A DNA stretch of 64,000 nt from an uncultured delta proteobacterium. GTDB lineage: Bacteria; Desulfobacterota; WTBG01; CAIYCZ01. Location of the stretch: assembly GCA_963803975.1 (NCBI GenBank), contig CAWDOY010000003.1:319919-383918 (forward strand). Direction: 5' to 3'. Positions 39,252-51,193 of the stretch are shown one piece after another. Each line of letters starts with the position of its first letter. Position 1 is the stretch's first letter. Position numbers and translations under genes: made by a program. The notes under the pieces are model-generated. The model made no database searches, was not told the origin of the DNA, and saw nothing but the letters and a program-made list of their open reading frames with translations.

Positions 39252-41489
39252 CTGAACTTCTCTTTTAGTGTATCGCCCATGCCGCGCAGATAAAAGGTGA
39301 ACCGTATACTGCTATCGCTCTTCTGCCCGCCGGATTTGGTATCGTCTTGATACCACAGTTTTGCTCCCCAGCATTGAGCGCGGTAATCAAACCCTATCTG
39401 GTTATCCAGCTTCTCACTATCTATAAGGTTGTAGCTGGAATCAAAAAAGCAGTACACCGGGTCAAAAAGCTTGAACTTGCCTTTGGCATCCCATTGCTCC
39501 AGCCGGTCGCGCTCATAGCGGTATTCCAGATCTAAAAACTCTCCCGTCAGGTTTTCCCAGGTAACCAGCGCGTTATAGTAGCTCAAGTTGTTTTCGTGCG
39601 GATTGAATCCTGATTTAGTCTTAAAATAGAGTTTGGCTAAAATATTGACGCGCAGCTCGGAAAAAACATCCGAATACCGGTTCAGCCGGGCATCGAGATA
39701 TTCAGTGTTGATGGCATTATTGACAAACTGAGCATTGTAATCATAGGCGGCATCGTTTTCGTTTCTGATTTTTCCAGAGCCGAATGTCCGCCGCAGATAG
39801 TATTTCTGGCCTATTTTAAAATAGCCGAATTCACGTTCCGACAGCTCCCCGGAATTGTCTTTAAAAAGCCCGGTAAAACGATTGGTCATTGCGTAGGATA
39901 TGCTGTGCTGCGGGTAGTATGCTTCCGGAATATCGAACTGAGGCAAATCTTTCTGATTGAAGACCGGCGTGTACTGGTACTCAATGCCCGGCTCCACCAC
40001 GTGTTTCAGCTTATCCACCAGCGGCTTATTGATATCAAAGACGCGCAGGAAGGTCAGGTAAAGTTCAGCGTTCGCATTGGGGGCAATGCCGTTTTTATCA
40101 TAACCAGCACTGTGATTAAGGCCGAAATAAGACGTGCCCTGCAGCCCGACTTGCGGATTAAAGGTCAGCCACCCGCACCGGTTCATGGGTAGCGATAGCT
40201 TCGGAAACGCGTCAAGCCGGCTTCCCTTAAGGCCCTGCTCACGCCAGAAATTACTGTATGATGTGTTCAGCTGGTAGTAGAGCGGCGTGTTCCATGCCTG
40301 CTGGGAAAGGCTGGAGAAATTTACCTGGGGTGAGCGCTGCAGCACCTGCTCGTTGCTCTGCACCAGGTCTTTATAGACATCAAAATTAACCAGCAGGTTG
40401 TAAAAATCCCAGTTCTTGTTGGCAAATAAAAATGACTCATCCTTTTCCAGCCGTTTCAGATTGGTTGCCCGGTCAAAGGCATATTTGGTGCGATTCGCCT
40501 TGCCGCTGTAGTCATTGTAAAACTCACGGTCAGTTATGTAGGTGCCAAAGCCCTTGAGATATAAATCGGGCGAAAAGTAATGCTCTCCTTCTAAATGCAG
40601 CTCTCCCCGTTGCTGGCTCCGGTCATTGATGTTGTTGTACGCGTTATTAAAATAGTAATGGGATTCATTCGCGTAATAGCTGTAAAACCGCAGCCATGAA
40701 TCGCTTCCGGTGACCAGGCGGGTTTCTATACCGGCACCGGGACCTTTAATGGATGCGATATCAAGCCAAAACGTGGCATCGCTGCTGGGTGAGATCGCCC
40801 AGAAGTATGAATTATCTAATTGAAAACCTTTCCGCCGCGAATTGCCGATTTCAGGAAACAAGAAAACCTGACTGCCGGTTGGTCTTTACCGGGACCACCA
40901 GGTACGGGAAATAGGCAACCGGCACGCCCTTTACCCTGAAGGTGCTGCCCTGGACTTTTGCGTACCCGTCAAGCGTTACATCTATTTTTTTAGCATCAAT
41001 CCGCCAGAACGGATTGTCGCCGTCACAGGTGGTTATTACCCCTTTTTCAACATGATAGGCATCCTGACCGAGGCTTTGAATCTGCTTGCCGTCAATGTAA
41101 AAATTCTGACTTTTTATAAAGACCCGGGCATTGTCCACCTGACCGCGCCGGTCATCAAGGTTCATCTTGAGTTCTGCGCAGGCCAGGGTATCACCGCGCT
41201 CGTTCAGAAGAACATTTCCCTTGGCCACGGCGTTCTTTGTTACCAGATTCACCTTGAGGTATTGCGCACTGAGTATGCGCTCTCCCTGGCGCATTTCAAC
41301 ATTCCCGCGGGCAATCATGACGTTGTTTTTCTGGTCATAGCTCATGCGGTCAGCCTTTACTTCCACCGGCTCTTCATCTGGCTCTCCGGGCTGCTTAAAA
41401 GGAGGCATTTGCGCAGCGCTGGCCAATGCCGCGAGCTGGATAATCAGGGTGATGCCGTAAAGTATGCGCAGTATATTCTTTATCATCAT
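39248..41489 (-). CDS. lptD: LPS-assembly protein LptD (frameshift near 40860)
   Basis: OstA-like N-terminus (ITTC, RQSGF) joins FPEIG in another frame; beta-barrel ending Y.AQCW. Confidence 0.88.
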
Positions 41490-41504
41490 GTCAGGTGATT
41501 TCTG

Positions 41505-42809
41505 TTACATCGGTATGCGGCCTGATGCCGGGTGCCTGTTAGGAAGCAGGTATTCCCTCGCCTCCCCGACCGTAAACAGCGACCCGGTTACGCAGATAAG
41601 ATCATCCGGCGCTGCCAGTTCAAAAGCCTTTTTAATTGCTGTCGCAGTATCTTCAATCCATAATATCTTTTTTTTCAGGAACGCGGCCATATCGGACGCG
41701 ATTGCCGTCTTTCCTGCCGCACGGTCCATTTTTGGTTTACAAAATATAACTGTATGTGCATCCGGTGTCAAGGTTTCTATCATCCGGTTAATATCTTTAT
41801 CCTGCATAACGCCAATCACCATGAACAGGTTTTTATAATTAAAATATTTCCCAAGCGCCTCCCGCAGGGCTTTCCATGCCTCAGGATTATGGGCCCCGTC
41901 CAGGACCACAGCCGGTTTTTGCCGGATAACCTCAAGCCTTCCCGGCCAGCGAGCCTTCAGCAGGCCCTGCAGCATGTCCTCTTCCTTGATTATAAAACCC
42001 TGCCTGCGCAGCAGTTCAGCCGCGCCGAGCGCCAGCCCGGCATTTCTCATCTGGTGGTCACCAAGCAGCCCGAGCCGCGCGTTTTTCAGGATGCAGTCAA
42101 ACCCCCGGTAGTTGAGTTCTGCAAAGCCGGTTTTTTTACACAGAATATCCTTACCCAGCACGTACAATGGCGTTTTCTGTTTCCTGCATTGTTCAGCAAA
42201 CAGTTTAATTACGCCGGGCTGTCTTGCACCGGTTAAGAGCGGGGCGTTCTTCTTTATTATGCCCGCTTTTTCCGCGGCAATCTGCTGTAACGTATTTCCC
42301 AGATAGACCTGATGTTCAAGGCTTATTGATGTAATGATTGTTATAAGCGGATGTACGACGTTGGTTGCGTCAAGCCTTCCTCCCATGCCCGTTTCTACCA
42401 CTACCGGATCAGTTTTTTCATCAGCAAAATATTGAAATGCAAGCGCGGTGATAAATTCAAAGAACGTGATGGTTTCAAGATCTTCGCGGCGGCACATGTC
42501 CCGTAGCACGGTGACTATCTGCGCGACACGCTTGCGCGCTATTTCTGTATTATTAATTTTTATGCGCTCGGTAAAATTAACGAGATGCGGCGAGGTATAC
42601 AGGCCTGCATTATACCCGCTGTGCAAAAGAATGGAATGGAGAAATGCCGCGGTTGAGCCCTTGCCGTTGGTTCCGGCGATATGCACACAGCGCAGCTTTT
42701 TATGCGGATTGCCCAGCAGGGAAAGGAGCTTCTCAATGTTTGCGAGGCCGAGCTTGATGCCGAAGCGCTGCAGGCCGAACAGGTAGGCGATTGATTGGCG
42801 GTAATCCAT
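41505..42809 (-). CDS. folC: Folylpolyglutamate synthase/dihydrofolate synthase
   Basis: HIAGTNGKGST, YTSPHL, GGRLDATN, DGAHN. Confidence 0.97.
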   Translation of the reverse strand: MDYRQSIAYLFGLQRFGIKLGLANIEKLLSLLGNPHKKLRCVHIAGTNGKGSTAAFLHSILLHSGYNAGLYTSPHLVNFTERIKINNTEIARKRVAQIVTVLRDMCRREDLETITFFEFITALAFQYFADEKTDPVVVETGMGGRLDATNVVHPLITIITSISLEHQVYLGNTLQQIAAEKAGIIKKNAPLLTGARQPGVIKLFAEQCRKQKTPLYVLGKDILCKKTGFAELNYRGFDCILKNARLGLLGDHQMRNAGLALGAAELLRRQGFIIKEEDMLQGLLKARWPGRLEVIRQKPAVVLDGAHNPEAWKALREALGKYFNYKNLFMVIGVMQDKDINRMIETLTPDAHTVIFCKPKMDRAAGKTAIASDMAAFLKKKILWIEDTATAIKKAFELAAPDDLICVTGSLFTVGEAREYLLPNRHPASGRIPM

Positions 42810-42818
42810 AAGGACTGT

Positions 42819-43616
42819 TTATATAACAGTAGCTTGCTTCAAAGAAGCTATAAAGGCGCCGACGCTTTCATTCAGGCCGGGTTTGTCCAGGTGCTCTTCT
42901 ACTATTTTAATAATAGCGCTGCCCACGATGACCGCGTCGACAAAGGGAAGCATTGAGCGTATGTGCTCAGGCTTTGATATGCCGAATCCCACACCAACGG
43001 GAAGCCTTGTAGCGTTTTTAATCCGCGCCACATTCTTATCAATCATCTCAGCCAGGCTTTCACGAGCGCCGGTAACGCCGGTAACAGAGACATAATAGAT
43101 AAACCCCGAAGCCAGCTGGGCCACCCGCTTGATTCTCTCGTCCGTGCTGGTAGGTGCCAGTAAAAAAATCAGATCGAGCTGTTGCGATTCCGCCTCTGTT
43201 TTTAAATTCATCGCCTCTTCAGGCGGCAGATCAACCACGAGCAGGCCATCAACTCCGGCCTGCCGCGCATCAATGCATAATTTTTGCAATCCATACTGAT
43301 AGAAAGGATTGTAGTAGCCAAAAAGAACGATGGGCGTTGCAATGCGGGTGCGCACCTTTTTTACCAGCCTTAAAATCGCTTCCATGGAAAAGGGATTTTT
43401 CAGAGCGCGTTCAAAAGCGTGCTGGATGGTAATGCCGTCAGCCATGGGGTCTGAAAAAGGAACGCCCAGCTCAATGATGTCAGCTCCGCTTGACGCCAGG
43501 CTGTACAGCAGTGACTCGGTTGCCTGCATGTCAGGGTCACCCGCTGTGATATAGGTTATAAGAGCTTTTTCTTTCTTCTCTGCTAACTTCTTAAATGTTT
43601 CACTGATTCGCGACAT
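42819..43616 (-). CDS. trpA: Tryptophan synthase alpha
   Basis: ELGVPFSDPMADG, GVTG, VGFGIS. Confidence 0.98.
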   Translation of the reverse strand: MSRISETFKKLAEKKEKALITYITAGDPDMQATESLLYSLASSGADIIELGVPFSDPMADGITIQHAFERALKNPFSMEAILRLVKKVRTRIATPIVLFGYYNPFYQYGLQKLCIDARQAGVDGLLVVDLPPEEAMNLKTEAESQQLDLIFLLAPTSTDERIKRVAQLASGFIYYVSVTGVTGARESLAEMIDKNVARIKNATRLPVGVGFGISKPEHIRSMLPFVDAVIVGSAIIKIVEEHLDKPGLNESVGAFIASLKQATVI

Positions 43617-43651
43617 ATATTTTTCCCTGCATGTTAGCGTAAATTTTCTTA

Positions 43652-43680
43652 CCTTTGAACCCTCGGCCCCTCGAACCCTG
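43652..43680. repeat. Tandem octamer (CCCTYGAA family)
   Basis: CCTTTGAA CCCTCGGC CCCTCGAA CCCTG. Confidence 0.65.
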
Positions 43681-43697
43681 CTTTTTAGACTTGCCTT

Positions 43698-44888
43698 TTA
43701 AAGTTTTATCCCCATTTTCCCGGCGACAATATTTATATCCTTATCCCCTCTTCCAGAGATATTTATAATGATGATTGAGCCGTTTTTCATCTCACGGGCA
43801 TTTTTCATAACATACGCAACAGCATGCGCGCTTTCAAGCGCTGGTATAATGCCTTCGCTTCGCGTCAGCTCCTGGTACGCGTCAAGCGCCTCCTGGTCGG
43901 TCACCGCCACATAGGTTACCCGGCCGCTGTCTTTTAGATAACTGTGCTCAGGTCCTACGCCAGGATAATCAAGGCCCGGCGCGATGGAGTGCGCCGGCTC
44001 TATCTGGCCGTGCGCATCCTGCAATAGATAGCTCCTGGTGCCATGCAGAATGCCAGGCCGGCCTGCCACCAGCGACGCAGAGTGGGGACCGGAACCGATA
44101 CCCTCACCTGCTGCCTCAACGCCGACCATTGCAACTGACGTATCATCCAGGAAAGGGTAAAAAAGTCCTATGGCATTGCTCCCGCCGCCTACGCACGCAA
44201 CCAATAGATCGGGAAGCCTTCCCGCCTTGGCGAGAATCTGTCGCCGCGCCTCTTCTCCGATTATCTTTTGAAAATCCCTCACGATCAGAGGATACGGATG
44301 GGGACCCGCCACGCTGCCGATAATGTAGAAGGTGTTCCGGACATTGGTTATCCAGTCACGCATGGCCTCATTCATGGCGTCCTTCAGCGTATTGGTGCCG
44401 GAGGTGACCGCGTTTACCTTCGCGCCCAGCAGCTTCATCTTGAAAACATTGACCGACTGACGCTGCACATCCTCGGCGCCCATATATATTTCACATTCCA
44501 TCCCGAAATGCGCGGCAACCGTGGCAGTTGCTACGCCGTGCTGTCCGGCCCCGGTCTCGGCAATGATCCTGGTCTTGCCCATCCTCCGGGCAAGCAGTAT
44601 CTGTCCTATGGTATTATTTATTTTATGAGCACCGGTGTGGTTTAAATCTTCGCGCTTCAGATATACCGCTATTGTGCCCAGCCGCTCTGAAAAACGCCGT
44701 GCATGATAGAGCGGGCTTTCCCTGCCCACGTACTCGGTAAGATACATGGCTAATTCGTTTTTGAATTCCGTATCATTGCGGTATTTCTGATACGCTTCGT
44801 CAAGCTGGATAAGAGCCGGCATGAGCGTCTCTGATACAAAGCGCCCGCCGAATTCTCCAAAATGGCCCATGTTGTCTGGATATAACAT
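43698..44888 (-). CDS. trpB: Tryptophan synthase beta
   Basis: [27 protein letters not shown]. Confidence 0.98.
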   Translation of the reverse strand: MLYPDNMGHFGEFGGRFVSETLMPALIQLDEAYQKYRNDTEFKNELAMYLTEYVGRESPLYHARRFSERLGTIAVYLKREDLNHTGAHKINNTIGQILLARRMGKTRIIAETGAGQHGVATATVAAHFGMECEIYMGAEDVQRQSVNVFKMKLLGAKVNAVTSGTNTLKDAMNEAMRDWITNVRNTFYIIGSVAGPHPYPLIVRDFQKIIGEEARRQILAKAGRLPDLLVACVGGGSNAIGLFYPFLDDTSVAMVGVEAAGEGIGSGPHSASLVAGRPGILHGTRSYLLQDAHGQIEPAHSIAPGLDYPGVGPEHSYLKDSGRVTYVAVTDQEALDAYQELTRSEGIIPALESAHAVAYVMKNAREMKNGSIIIINISGRGDKDINIVAGKMGIKL

Positions 44889-44918
44889 GTTTATTGTTCC
44901 CTTTTTTTGCTTTTAATT

Positions 44919-45125
44919 AACTTGAACCCTGGAACCCTTGAATCCATCTTTACCCATTCACCGTCTTGAGTTACAGAGTTTAGGAGTTCTGGAGTTGCGT
45001 AGTTATTATGCCAATTACTTCAATTAACTCTTTACCTTTGCCTGCCTGCCCATTGTAGCCTTGCGCGAAGGTGGGTTGTCTCTTTATTTCTTTACCTTTC
45101 CACCCATTCACCTATTCACCTATTT
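44919..45125. repeat. Composite short-period repeat cassette between trpC and trpB
   Basis: CCCTGGAA/CCCTTGAA units, GAGTT octamer units, CCCATTGTAGCC..GCGAAGGTGGG hairpin, CACCYATT units. Confidence 0.7.
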
Positions 45126-45908
45126 ACCGATCATCTCCCTCAACGTATCCCCCGGCCGTTTCTCTTTCATGAATGTTTCACCGATCAGAAACGCGTCAAC
45201 TCCCGCATCCTTAAGCGTTATAATATCTTCCCGCCGCGCGAGACCGCTCTCGCTTATTATTATTTTCCCGCGCGGTATCAGTTTTATGAGTCTCAGCGTG
45301 GTACTGATATCTGTTGTAAAGGTATTGAGGTCCCGGTTATTTATTCCTATCAGGTCAGCGTCAAGCGCCAGCGCTGTTTCCAGCTCCATTTCATTATGCA
45401 CCTCAAGCAGGCAGCATAATGACAGTCGGCCGCACAGGACGATCAATTCCCTGAGCTGCCCCAATTCAAGGATCGCCGCGATCAGAAGCAGTGCGTCCGC
45501 CCCACGGGCCCGCGCTTCGTAGACCTGGTACGGGTCAAAAATAAAATCCTTGCGCAGCACCGGTATCGCGGTCGATTTTTTAATTTCCTGCAGATAGTCA
45601 AGGGAGCCGAGAAAATATTTTTCTTCCGTCAGGACTGACAGCGCCGCTGCGCCGTTGTCCTGATATTGCCGCGCTATTTCCACGGGATGAAACTGCTCGC
45701 AGATGATACCCCTGGATGGCGAAGCTTTTTTCACCTCTGCGATAATAGTGATTTTTCCGTCACGGCCGCCCTGCAGCGCGGCACTAAAATCCCTGACAGC
45801 GGGCGCATCCCAGATGCTTTTTTCCAGCCCCGGCAAGGGCCGCTTCTTTTTTACATCTTCAAGCTCTTCGCGTTTTGCCGCGACAATCTTATCCAGGATG
45901 GTGCCCAT
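45120..45908 (-). CDS. trpC: Indole-3-glycerol phosphate synthase
   Basis: IAEVKKASPS, LRKDF, GINNR, SESG; no fused TrpF domain. Confidence 0.98.
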   Translation of the reverse strand: MGTILDKIVAAKREELEDVKKKRPLPGLEKSIWDAPAVRDFSAALQGGRDGKITIIAEVKKASPSRGIICEQFHPVEIARQYQDNGAAALSVLTEEKYFLGSLDYLQEIKKSTAIPVLRKDFIFDPYQVYEARARGADALLLIAAILELGQLRELIVLCGRLSLCCLLEVHNEMELETALALDADLIGINNRDLNTFTTDISTTLRLIKLIPRGKIIISESGLARREDIITLKDAGVDAFLIGETFMKEKRPGDTLREMIGK

Positions 45909-45922
45909 GTGCGCGAGCCTTA

Positions 45923-46939
45923 TTAAAAAGAATTACTCAGCTCTTTTAGTGTTTGTAATTTATTCAATGCGAGCCCGCTGTCTATCACTGCTGCTGCCCT
46001 TTTCATGCCGTCCTTGATGCTGCCTGCTGTATCTGCAACCATGAGAGCAGCTCCTGCATTGAGCAGAACAATTTCACGATGCGGACCTTTTTCACCTTTT
46101 AAAACGTTTACTATTATTTCTGCGTTTTCCTTAACGGTGCCGCCTTTAATGTCATGTAAATCTCTCATCGGGAGTCCACAGTCCAGCGGATGAACACGGC
46201 AGGTAGTAACCTCACCATTTTTAAGTTCCGAGATTATTGATTCAGCGCAGATGGTTATCTCATCCAGCCCATCGAGCCCGTGTACCACTAAAGCCCGTCT
46301 GGTTCCGAGACGGTGCAGCACCCGGGCAAACATCTCCGTCATGCGACCGTCATAAACACCAAGAATCTGCATGGTAGCACCTGCAGGGTTGGTTAACGGC
46401 CCGAGCATGTTGAAAATAGTCCTTATGCCGATTTCCTTGCGCGGAGCCAGTGCATGCTTCATGGCCCCATGGAGATTGGGCGCAAAAAGAAATCCGATGC
46501 CGATCTCGTCAATGCAGCGGCCGATTTCATCCGGCTTTAAGGATACCTTTATGCCGAGCTGCTCCATCACATCGGCGCTGCCGCAGTGACTGGATATGGA
46601 ACGGTTCCCATGCTTGGCAACACGGACACCGGTAGCACTGGCGACAAAGGCCACAGCGGTAGATATGTTAAAGGTATTACGATTATCACCTCCGGTGCCG
46701 CAGGTATCAAGCACCTCTGCTTTTGAATGGAGCGGTATGCTGGTTGCTTTCTGCCGCATGCAGCGAGCCGCGCCTGCTATTTCATCAACCGTCTCTCCCT
46801 TCATGGAGAGCGCTGTGATAAGGGAGGCGATCTGGGCAGGCGTAGCTTTGCCGTCCATGATCTCTTCAAAAGCTTCCATCATTTCGGCTTCTGAAAGATT
46901 CATTCGCTCGACAACCTTAAAGATAGCCTTCGTGATCAT
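45923..46939 (-). CDS. trpD: Anthranilate phosphoribosyltransferase
   Basis: GTGGD, NIST, KHGNR, GPLTNP. Confidence 0.98.
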   Translation of the reverse strand: MITKAIFKVVERMNLSEAEMMEAFEEIMDGKATPAQIASLITALSMKGETVDEIAGAARCMRQKATSIPLHSKAEVLDTCGTGGDNRNTFNISTAVAFVASATGVRVAKHGNRSISSHCGSADVMEQLGIKVSLKPDEIGRCIDEIGIGFLFAPNLHGAMKHALAPRKEIGIRTIFNMLGPLTNPAGATMQILGVYDGRMTEMFARVLHRLGTRRALVVHGLDGLDEITICAESIISELKNGEVTTCRVHPLDCGLPMRDLHDIKGGTVKENAEIIVNVLKGEKGPHREIVLLNAGAALMVADTAGSIKDGMKRAAAVIDSGLALNKLQTLKELSNSF

Positions 46940-47535
46940 GCACGCACCTTTTTCGTGTTCCAGAACTGTTCAGCACAGTCCAGAAAATTCTTAAGCAGCT
47001 CCTTGCCCGCCGTGGTCAGTATCGACTCCGGGTGGAACTGTATGCCCTCGATAAGATGCTTGCGGTGCCGCAGTCCCATGATTTCTTTATCATCTGTCCA
47101 TGCGGTGATCTCCAAACAGGGCGGCAGCGATGCGCGCTCTACTACCAGCGAATGGTATCTGGTCGCAATAAACGGGTCGGTCAACCCGCTAAACAGCCTT
47201 TTGTGGTCGTGATGAATCAAGGAAGTCTTGCCGTGCATGAGCTGCTGTGCCCGGATGATCCTGCCGCCGAATACCTCGCCGATGCACTGGTGCCCGAGAC
47301 AAACCCCGAGCAGGGGTATTTTTCCCTGAAAAGACTGTATGATGGCATTGGATATTCCCGCGCTCTCAGGCCTCCCGGGACCCGGTGATATGACAATTTT
47401 CTGCGGCGCTATTTTTTTAACCTTTTCCAGGGTGATCTTATCATTTCTGAAGACCGCAATCTCCTCTCCCAGCTCACCGAAATACTGAACCAGGTTGTAG
47501 GTAAACGAGTCATAATTATCAATCATTAAAAGCAT
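46936..47535 (-). CDS. trpG: Anthranilate synthase component II
   Basis: IDNYDSF, GVCLGHQ, QFHPES. Confidence 0.97.
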   Translation of the reverse strand: MLLMIDNYDSFTYNLVQYFGELGEEIAVFRNDKITLEKVKKIAPQKIVISPGPGRPESAGISNAIIQSFQGKIPLLGVCLGHQCIGEVFGGRIIRAQQLMHGKTSLIHHDHKRLFSGLTDPFIATRYHSLVVERASLPPCLEITAWTDDKEIMGLRHRKHLIEGIQFHPESILTTAGKELLKNFLDCAEQFWNTKKVRA

Positions 47536-49024
47536 TTTCTATCCCTTCATGAGCCCTCTGGATGGCTTTAAACATACCCTGCGCCTTGTTTACGGTCTCC
47601 TGATACTCGCGCTCCGGCCGGGAATCAGCCACAATGCCGGCACCTGCCTGAACATAGATCTTCTTATTCTTAATGAGCATGGTCCTGATGGTGATGCAAA
47701 AGTCCATGTTGCCGGAAAAACCGAAATAGCCCACAGCTCCCGCATACGGGCCGCGCTGATGCTGCTCCAGCTCCTCGATAATCTCCATGGCCCGTATTTT
47801 CGGCGCCCCTGATACCGTGCCGGCCGGAAACGCGGCCCGGAACACATCATAGGCGTCTCTTCCCGTCTTCAGCGTGCCGCTCACGTGTGACACCAGGTGC
47901 ATGACATGAGAGTAGCGCTCAACAACCATCAGCTCATCAACCTTTACCGTTCCCATCCGCGCGATTCTGCCCACATCATTTCTTCCCAGGTCCACCAGCA
48001 TGATATGCTCTGCTATCTCCTTGGGATCAGCTCTCAGGTCCTTCTCCAGCAGCAGATCTTTTTTTTCATCCTTTCCCCGCGGCCGTGTCCCTGCGATGGG
48101 ACGCACCTCAACGCGCCCTTTTTCCAGCCGCACCAGCACTTCCGGAGATGAGCCGACAATGAAATTATCGCCCAGCTTCAGATAGTACATGTACGGTGAC
48201 GGGTTTATCACCCGCAGCGACCGGTACAGGTCAAACGGCTTTGCGCAGAGGCTGGTTTCAAATCGCTGCGACAGCACCGTCTGAATGATATCCCCGGCCT
48301 GTATATATTCCTTGGCCCGGCGCACGATTTTTTTAAAATCATTTTTCTTGAAATTTGATGCGAGCGCTCCGGTGATAATTTCCTTGTTAGGTTTTTCTTT
48401 TTTAAGGGGTTTCCCCAGGTAGCTGATTATGGTATTAATCCGTTTTATTGCTGCCGCATAGATGCGCTTCAGATCTGCGCCGTCATGCACATGCGCGTTA
48501 TATACTATCGCAAGGGTATGCTTCAGATTGTCAAATATCAGCAGGGTATCGGTAATCATCAGATAGGCATCGTACCACTTGAGGTCATCCTCTGATCCGG
48601 CCGGCAGTTTCTCAAAGAACCGCACCATGTCGTAACTGATGTACCCCACTGCCCCGCCGAAAAAACGCGGCAGGCCCGGTACCTCGACCGGGCAATACTG
48701 CTTCATGAGCGCTTTCAGCAGGCTGAGCGGGTCGGGGGTGATGGTCACCGTTGTCTTCCCGTCCGCGACTACCTCAACCCGGCTGCCCTTGCTTTTAAAG
48801 ATAGTGGACGGATTGAATCCGAGAAAGCTGTAGCGCGCCCATTTTTCTCCGCCCTCAACGCTTTCAAGCAAAAAGCAGTGGTCAACCGTGTTCAGCTTTT
48901 TAAAAGCTGACACCGGTGTCTCCATGTCCGCGAATATTTCGCGATATACCGGTATCAGGTTTCCCTTTTTCGATAATTTTTTAAATTGATCAAACGCGGG
49001 GTAGTAATTATCCTTAGCTGCCAT
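47519..49024 (-). CDS. trpE: Anthranilate synthase component I
   Basis: [30 protein letters not shown]. Confidence 0.98.
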   Translation of the reverse strand: MAAKDNYYPAFDQFKKLSKKGNLIPVYREIFADMETPVSAFKKLNTVDHCFLLESVEGGEKWARYSFLGFNPSTIFKSKGSRVEVVADGKTTVTITPDPLSLLKALMKQYCPVEVPGLPRFFGGAVGYISYDMVRFFEKLPAGSEDDLKWYDAYLMITDTLLIFDNLKHTLAIVYNAHVHDGADLKRIYAAAIKRINTIISYLGKPLKKEKPNKEIITGALASNFKKNDFKKIVRRAKEYIQAGDIIQTVLSQRFETSLCAKPFDLYRSLRVINPSPYMYYLKLGDNFIVGSSPEVLVRLEKGRVEVRPIAGTRPRGKDEKKDLLLEKDLRADPKEIAEHIMLVDLGRNDVGRIARMGTVKVDELMVVERYSHVMHLVSHVSGTLKTGRDAYDVFRAAFPAGTVSGAPKIRAMEIIEELEQHQRGPYAGAVGYFGFSGNMDFCITIRTMLIKNKKIYVQAGAGIVADSRPEREYQETVNKAQGMFKAIQRAHEGIENAFND

Positions 49025-49090
49025 GTCTAATCCCTAATTTATATCACAAAATATGAGTCCTGAGTTCCAGATGTAGTTAAGTCTTGAGCT

Positions 49091-49132
49091 AATAAATTAA
49101 AAGCCGTAAAGGTCTTTGCGACTTCACGGCTT
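49091..49132 (-). terminator. trp attenuator terminator
   Basis: Minus strand AAGCCGTGAAGTC-GCAAA-GACCTTTACGGCTT followed by TTAATTTATT. Confidence 0.85.
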
Positions 49133-49204
49133 CTTTTCTTTTTTACATACTAAAGCCGCGGGTCAAATATGTGCTTATGCTGCCCACGGCTAAAATCTTT
49201 CCCT

Positions 49205-49279
49205 TTACAGCGAGCAGACATAAGCTTCTGCCAGCCACCACCAGTATTTTCTTATTGTGTTAAAGAATATATTTTTCAT
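49205..49279 (-). CDS. trpL: trp operon leader peptide MKNIFFNTIRKYWWWLAEAYVCSL
   Basis: 24-codon ORF with three consecutive TGG codons, upstream of a terminator and trpE. Confidence 0.9.
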   Translation of the reverse strand: MKNIFFNTIRKYWWWLAEAYVCSL

Positions 49280-49532
49280 GAAAATACTTTACATCTAAAG
49301 TTTTATCCATCTATGCTTTAAATGTATGGTATTGTCAAGATATTTTTAAAACAGCCACACATCAAAAGGCGATAAATTGCAATTTTTAGCAGGATATTTT
49401 TTTTAATAATTTTATTATAAAAACCTATTTCAACTATTGACATAAGAATTTTTCTGAAGTATTACTTTGGGAGTGATAGTTTTATACAATTTCAAACCCC
49501 AAAAACTTGAACCAACAAAAAAGGAGGAACGT

Positions 49533-49997
49533 ATGCAGAAAAAATTATTATTTCTTTGCCTCGTGCTGTGTGTCGCAGCGTTTACAGCATGCGAATGCAA
49601 ACAGGTTGTGAAACAGGAACCGCCGCCGCCGCCACCGGCTCCGGCCCCGGTTGTTGAAGAGAAGATCGTGCTGAACGGAATTCGGTTCGACTTTGACAAG
49701 GCAGATATCAAGGCGGAATTTGTCCCTGTGCTTGATGAGGCAGTGGCCGTGCTGCAGAAACATTCCACCAAGATGGTCGCCATTGAAGGCCACACCGATG
49801 CAATCGGCTCCGATGCCTACAATGAGAAACTCGGCATGAGAAGATCAGAATCAGTAAAGAAGTACCTTGTTGATAAGGGCATTTCAGCAGGTAATCTGAC
49901 CACTGAAAGCTTTGGCGAATCAAAACCAGTTGCCGACAATAAGACCAAAGAAGGTCGGGCAATGAACCGCCGCGTGGAATTCAGGGTCGCTGAGTAA
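49533..49997 (+). CDS. OmpA/Pal-like peptidoglycan-binding lipoprotein
   Basis: AAGGAGG RBS; lipobox FTA-C; Pro linker; FDFDK, IEGHTD, NRRVE. Confidence 0.93.
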   Translation: MQKKLLFLCLVLCVAAFTACECKQVVKQEPPPPPPAPAPVVEEKIVLNGIRFDFDKADIKAEFVPVLDEAVAVLQKHSTKMVAIEGHTDAIGSDAYNEKLGMRRSESVKKYLVDKGISAGNLTTESFGESKPVADNKTKEGRAMNRRVEFRVAE

Positions 49998-50009
49998 CGA
50001 AGAGTCTTT

Positions 50010-50396
50010 ATGAAAAATGTTTTTTTGCTTGCATTGCTCCTCTGCTGCTCAACAGCTTTTGCTGCTGAGGATACCAGGGTGGAACAGAGTTTTAAAGACT
50101 TCTGCAAAAACTGGGTACAGATACTGAAGAAAAATAAACCCGGTAATGTCTTCTGCAAGGAATCAGCGGCAGGCTACATAGCAGAATATGCCACCATGGG
50201 TGACGAGCACAACACGGCGATCAAAAAAACGACCAATAAAAAGACTCCCTTTATCGGCATACTGAAGTACCGCGAAAAAGTATTTAAAAATTCAGCAGCA
50301 ACCCGCGAAAGGGCCATAGCCGGCCCTTTCAGGGTTGCGTCTGAACGTAACGTGACTGAACTTTTCATCTACCAGAACGGCGAGTGGCAGTGGTAA
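50010..50396 (+). CDS. Secreted hypothetical protein
   Basis: Signal peptide ending AFA; operonic spacing. Confidence 0.75.
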   Translation: MKNVFLLALLLCCSTAFAAEDTRVEQSFKDFCKNWVQILKKNKPGNVFCKESAAGYIAEYATMGDEHNTAIKKTTNKKTPFIGILKYREKVFKNSAATRERAIAGPFRVASERNVTELFIYQNGEWQW

Positions 50397-51193
50397 TGGC
50401 ACTGCCTGCCTCGCCCCTTTCATCGCATAAATCTTCCATCCTTTCTGCACTGCTTATCTTATCCATCTCTTTTGTAAACATTTCAGTCTGTTTTTCTCAA
50501 GCGGCACCTCCTGTTTCTCCGGGTATCGAAAAATGTCATGAGCTTGCGCGCAACAGGACTGACATGGCACTGTATCGCGAGGCGATACAATGTTACGAGC
50601 AGTCATTTGCCGCCGCGCCGCGGGAAGATACGGCCGTTAAACTCGGGAAATGCTATTACTGGCTGGGTACCCACGCAGCAAAAGACAAACAAATTGATCT
50701 TTTTCAAAAGGGAATCGACTGGTCTAAAAAGGCAATTGCATTAAATCCGAAAGGCACCGGAGGCCATTTCTGGCTGGGTGTTAATAACAGTAAATACGGT
50801 GAGGCACGGGGAATTCTAAAAAGCCTGTTTTTGGTCGGTTCTATTATAGACTCCATGCAGCAGGTAATTGCCATTGATCCTGCCTACGAGCATGGCGGGC
50901 CTTATCGGGTCCTTGGGAGGGTGTATTTCAAGCTGCCGCGCTTTGCCGGTGGCGGCATAAACAAATCAATAGAAAATTTAAAAAAATCGCTCGAATATGC
51001 ACCTAATATCTCCACTACCCATCTGTTTCTTGCAGAATCTTATATAGCACAGAAGGATTATCAGCGTGCACAGCAGGAATTGAATATAATCTTGAGCACT
51101 CCTGCAATTCCAGGCCTTGAGCCGGAATTCACTGCAGATAAGGAAGAAGCCCGGCGCCTGCGTGCTGAGGTCAATAAGAAATTAGAAGATTAG
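50396..51193 (+). CDS. Exported TPR protein, TatT/BstC-like
   Basis: TAATG coupling; TPR helices; GGPYRVLGRVYFKLPRFAGG motif. Confidence 0.75.
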   Translation: MALPASPLSSHKSSILSALLILSISFVNISVCFSQAAPPVSPGIEKCHELARNRTDMALYREAIQCYEQSFAAAPREDTAVKLGKCYYWLGTHAAKDKQIDLFQKGIDWSKKAIALNPKGTGGHFWLGVNNSKYGEARGILKSLFLVGSIIDSMQQVIAIDPAYEHGGPYRVLGRVYFKLPRFAGGGINKSIENLKKSLEYAPNISTTHLFLAESYIAQKDYQRAQQELNIILSTPAIPGLEPEFTADKEEARRLRAEVNKKLED

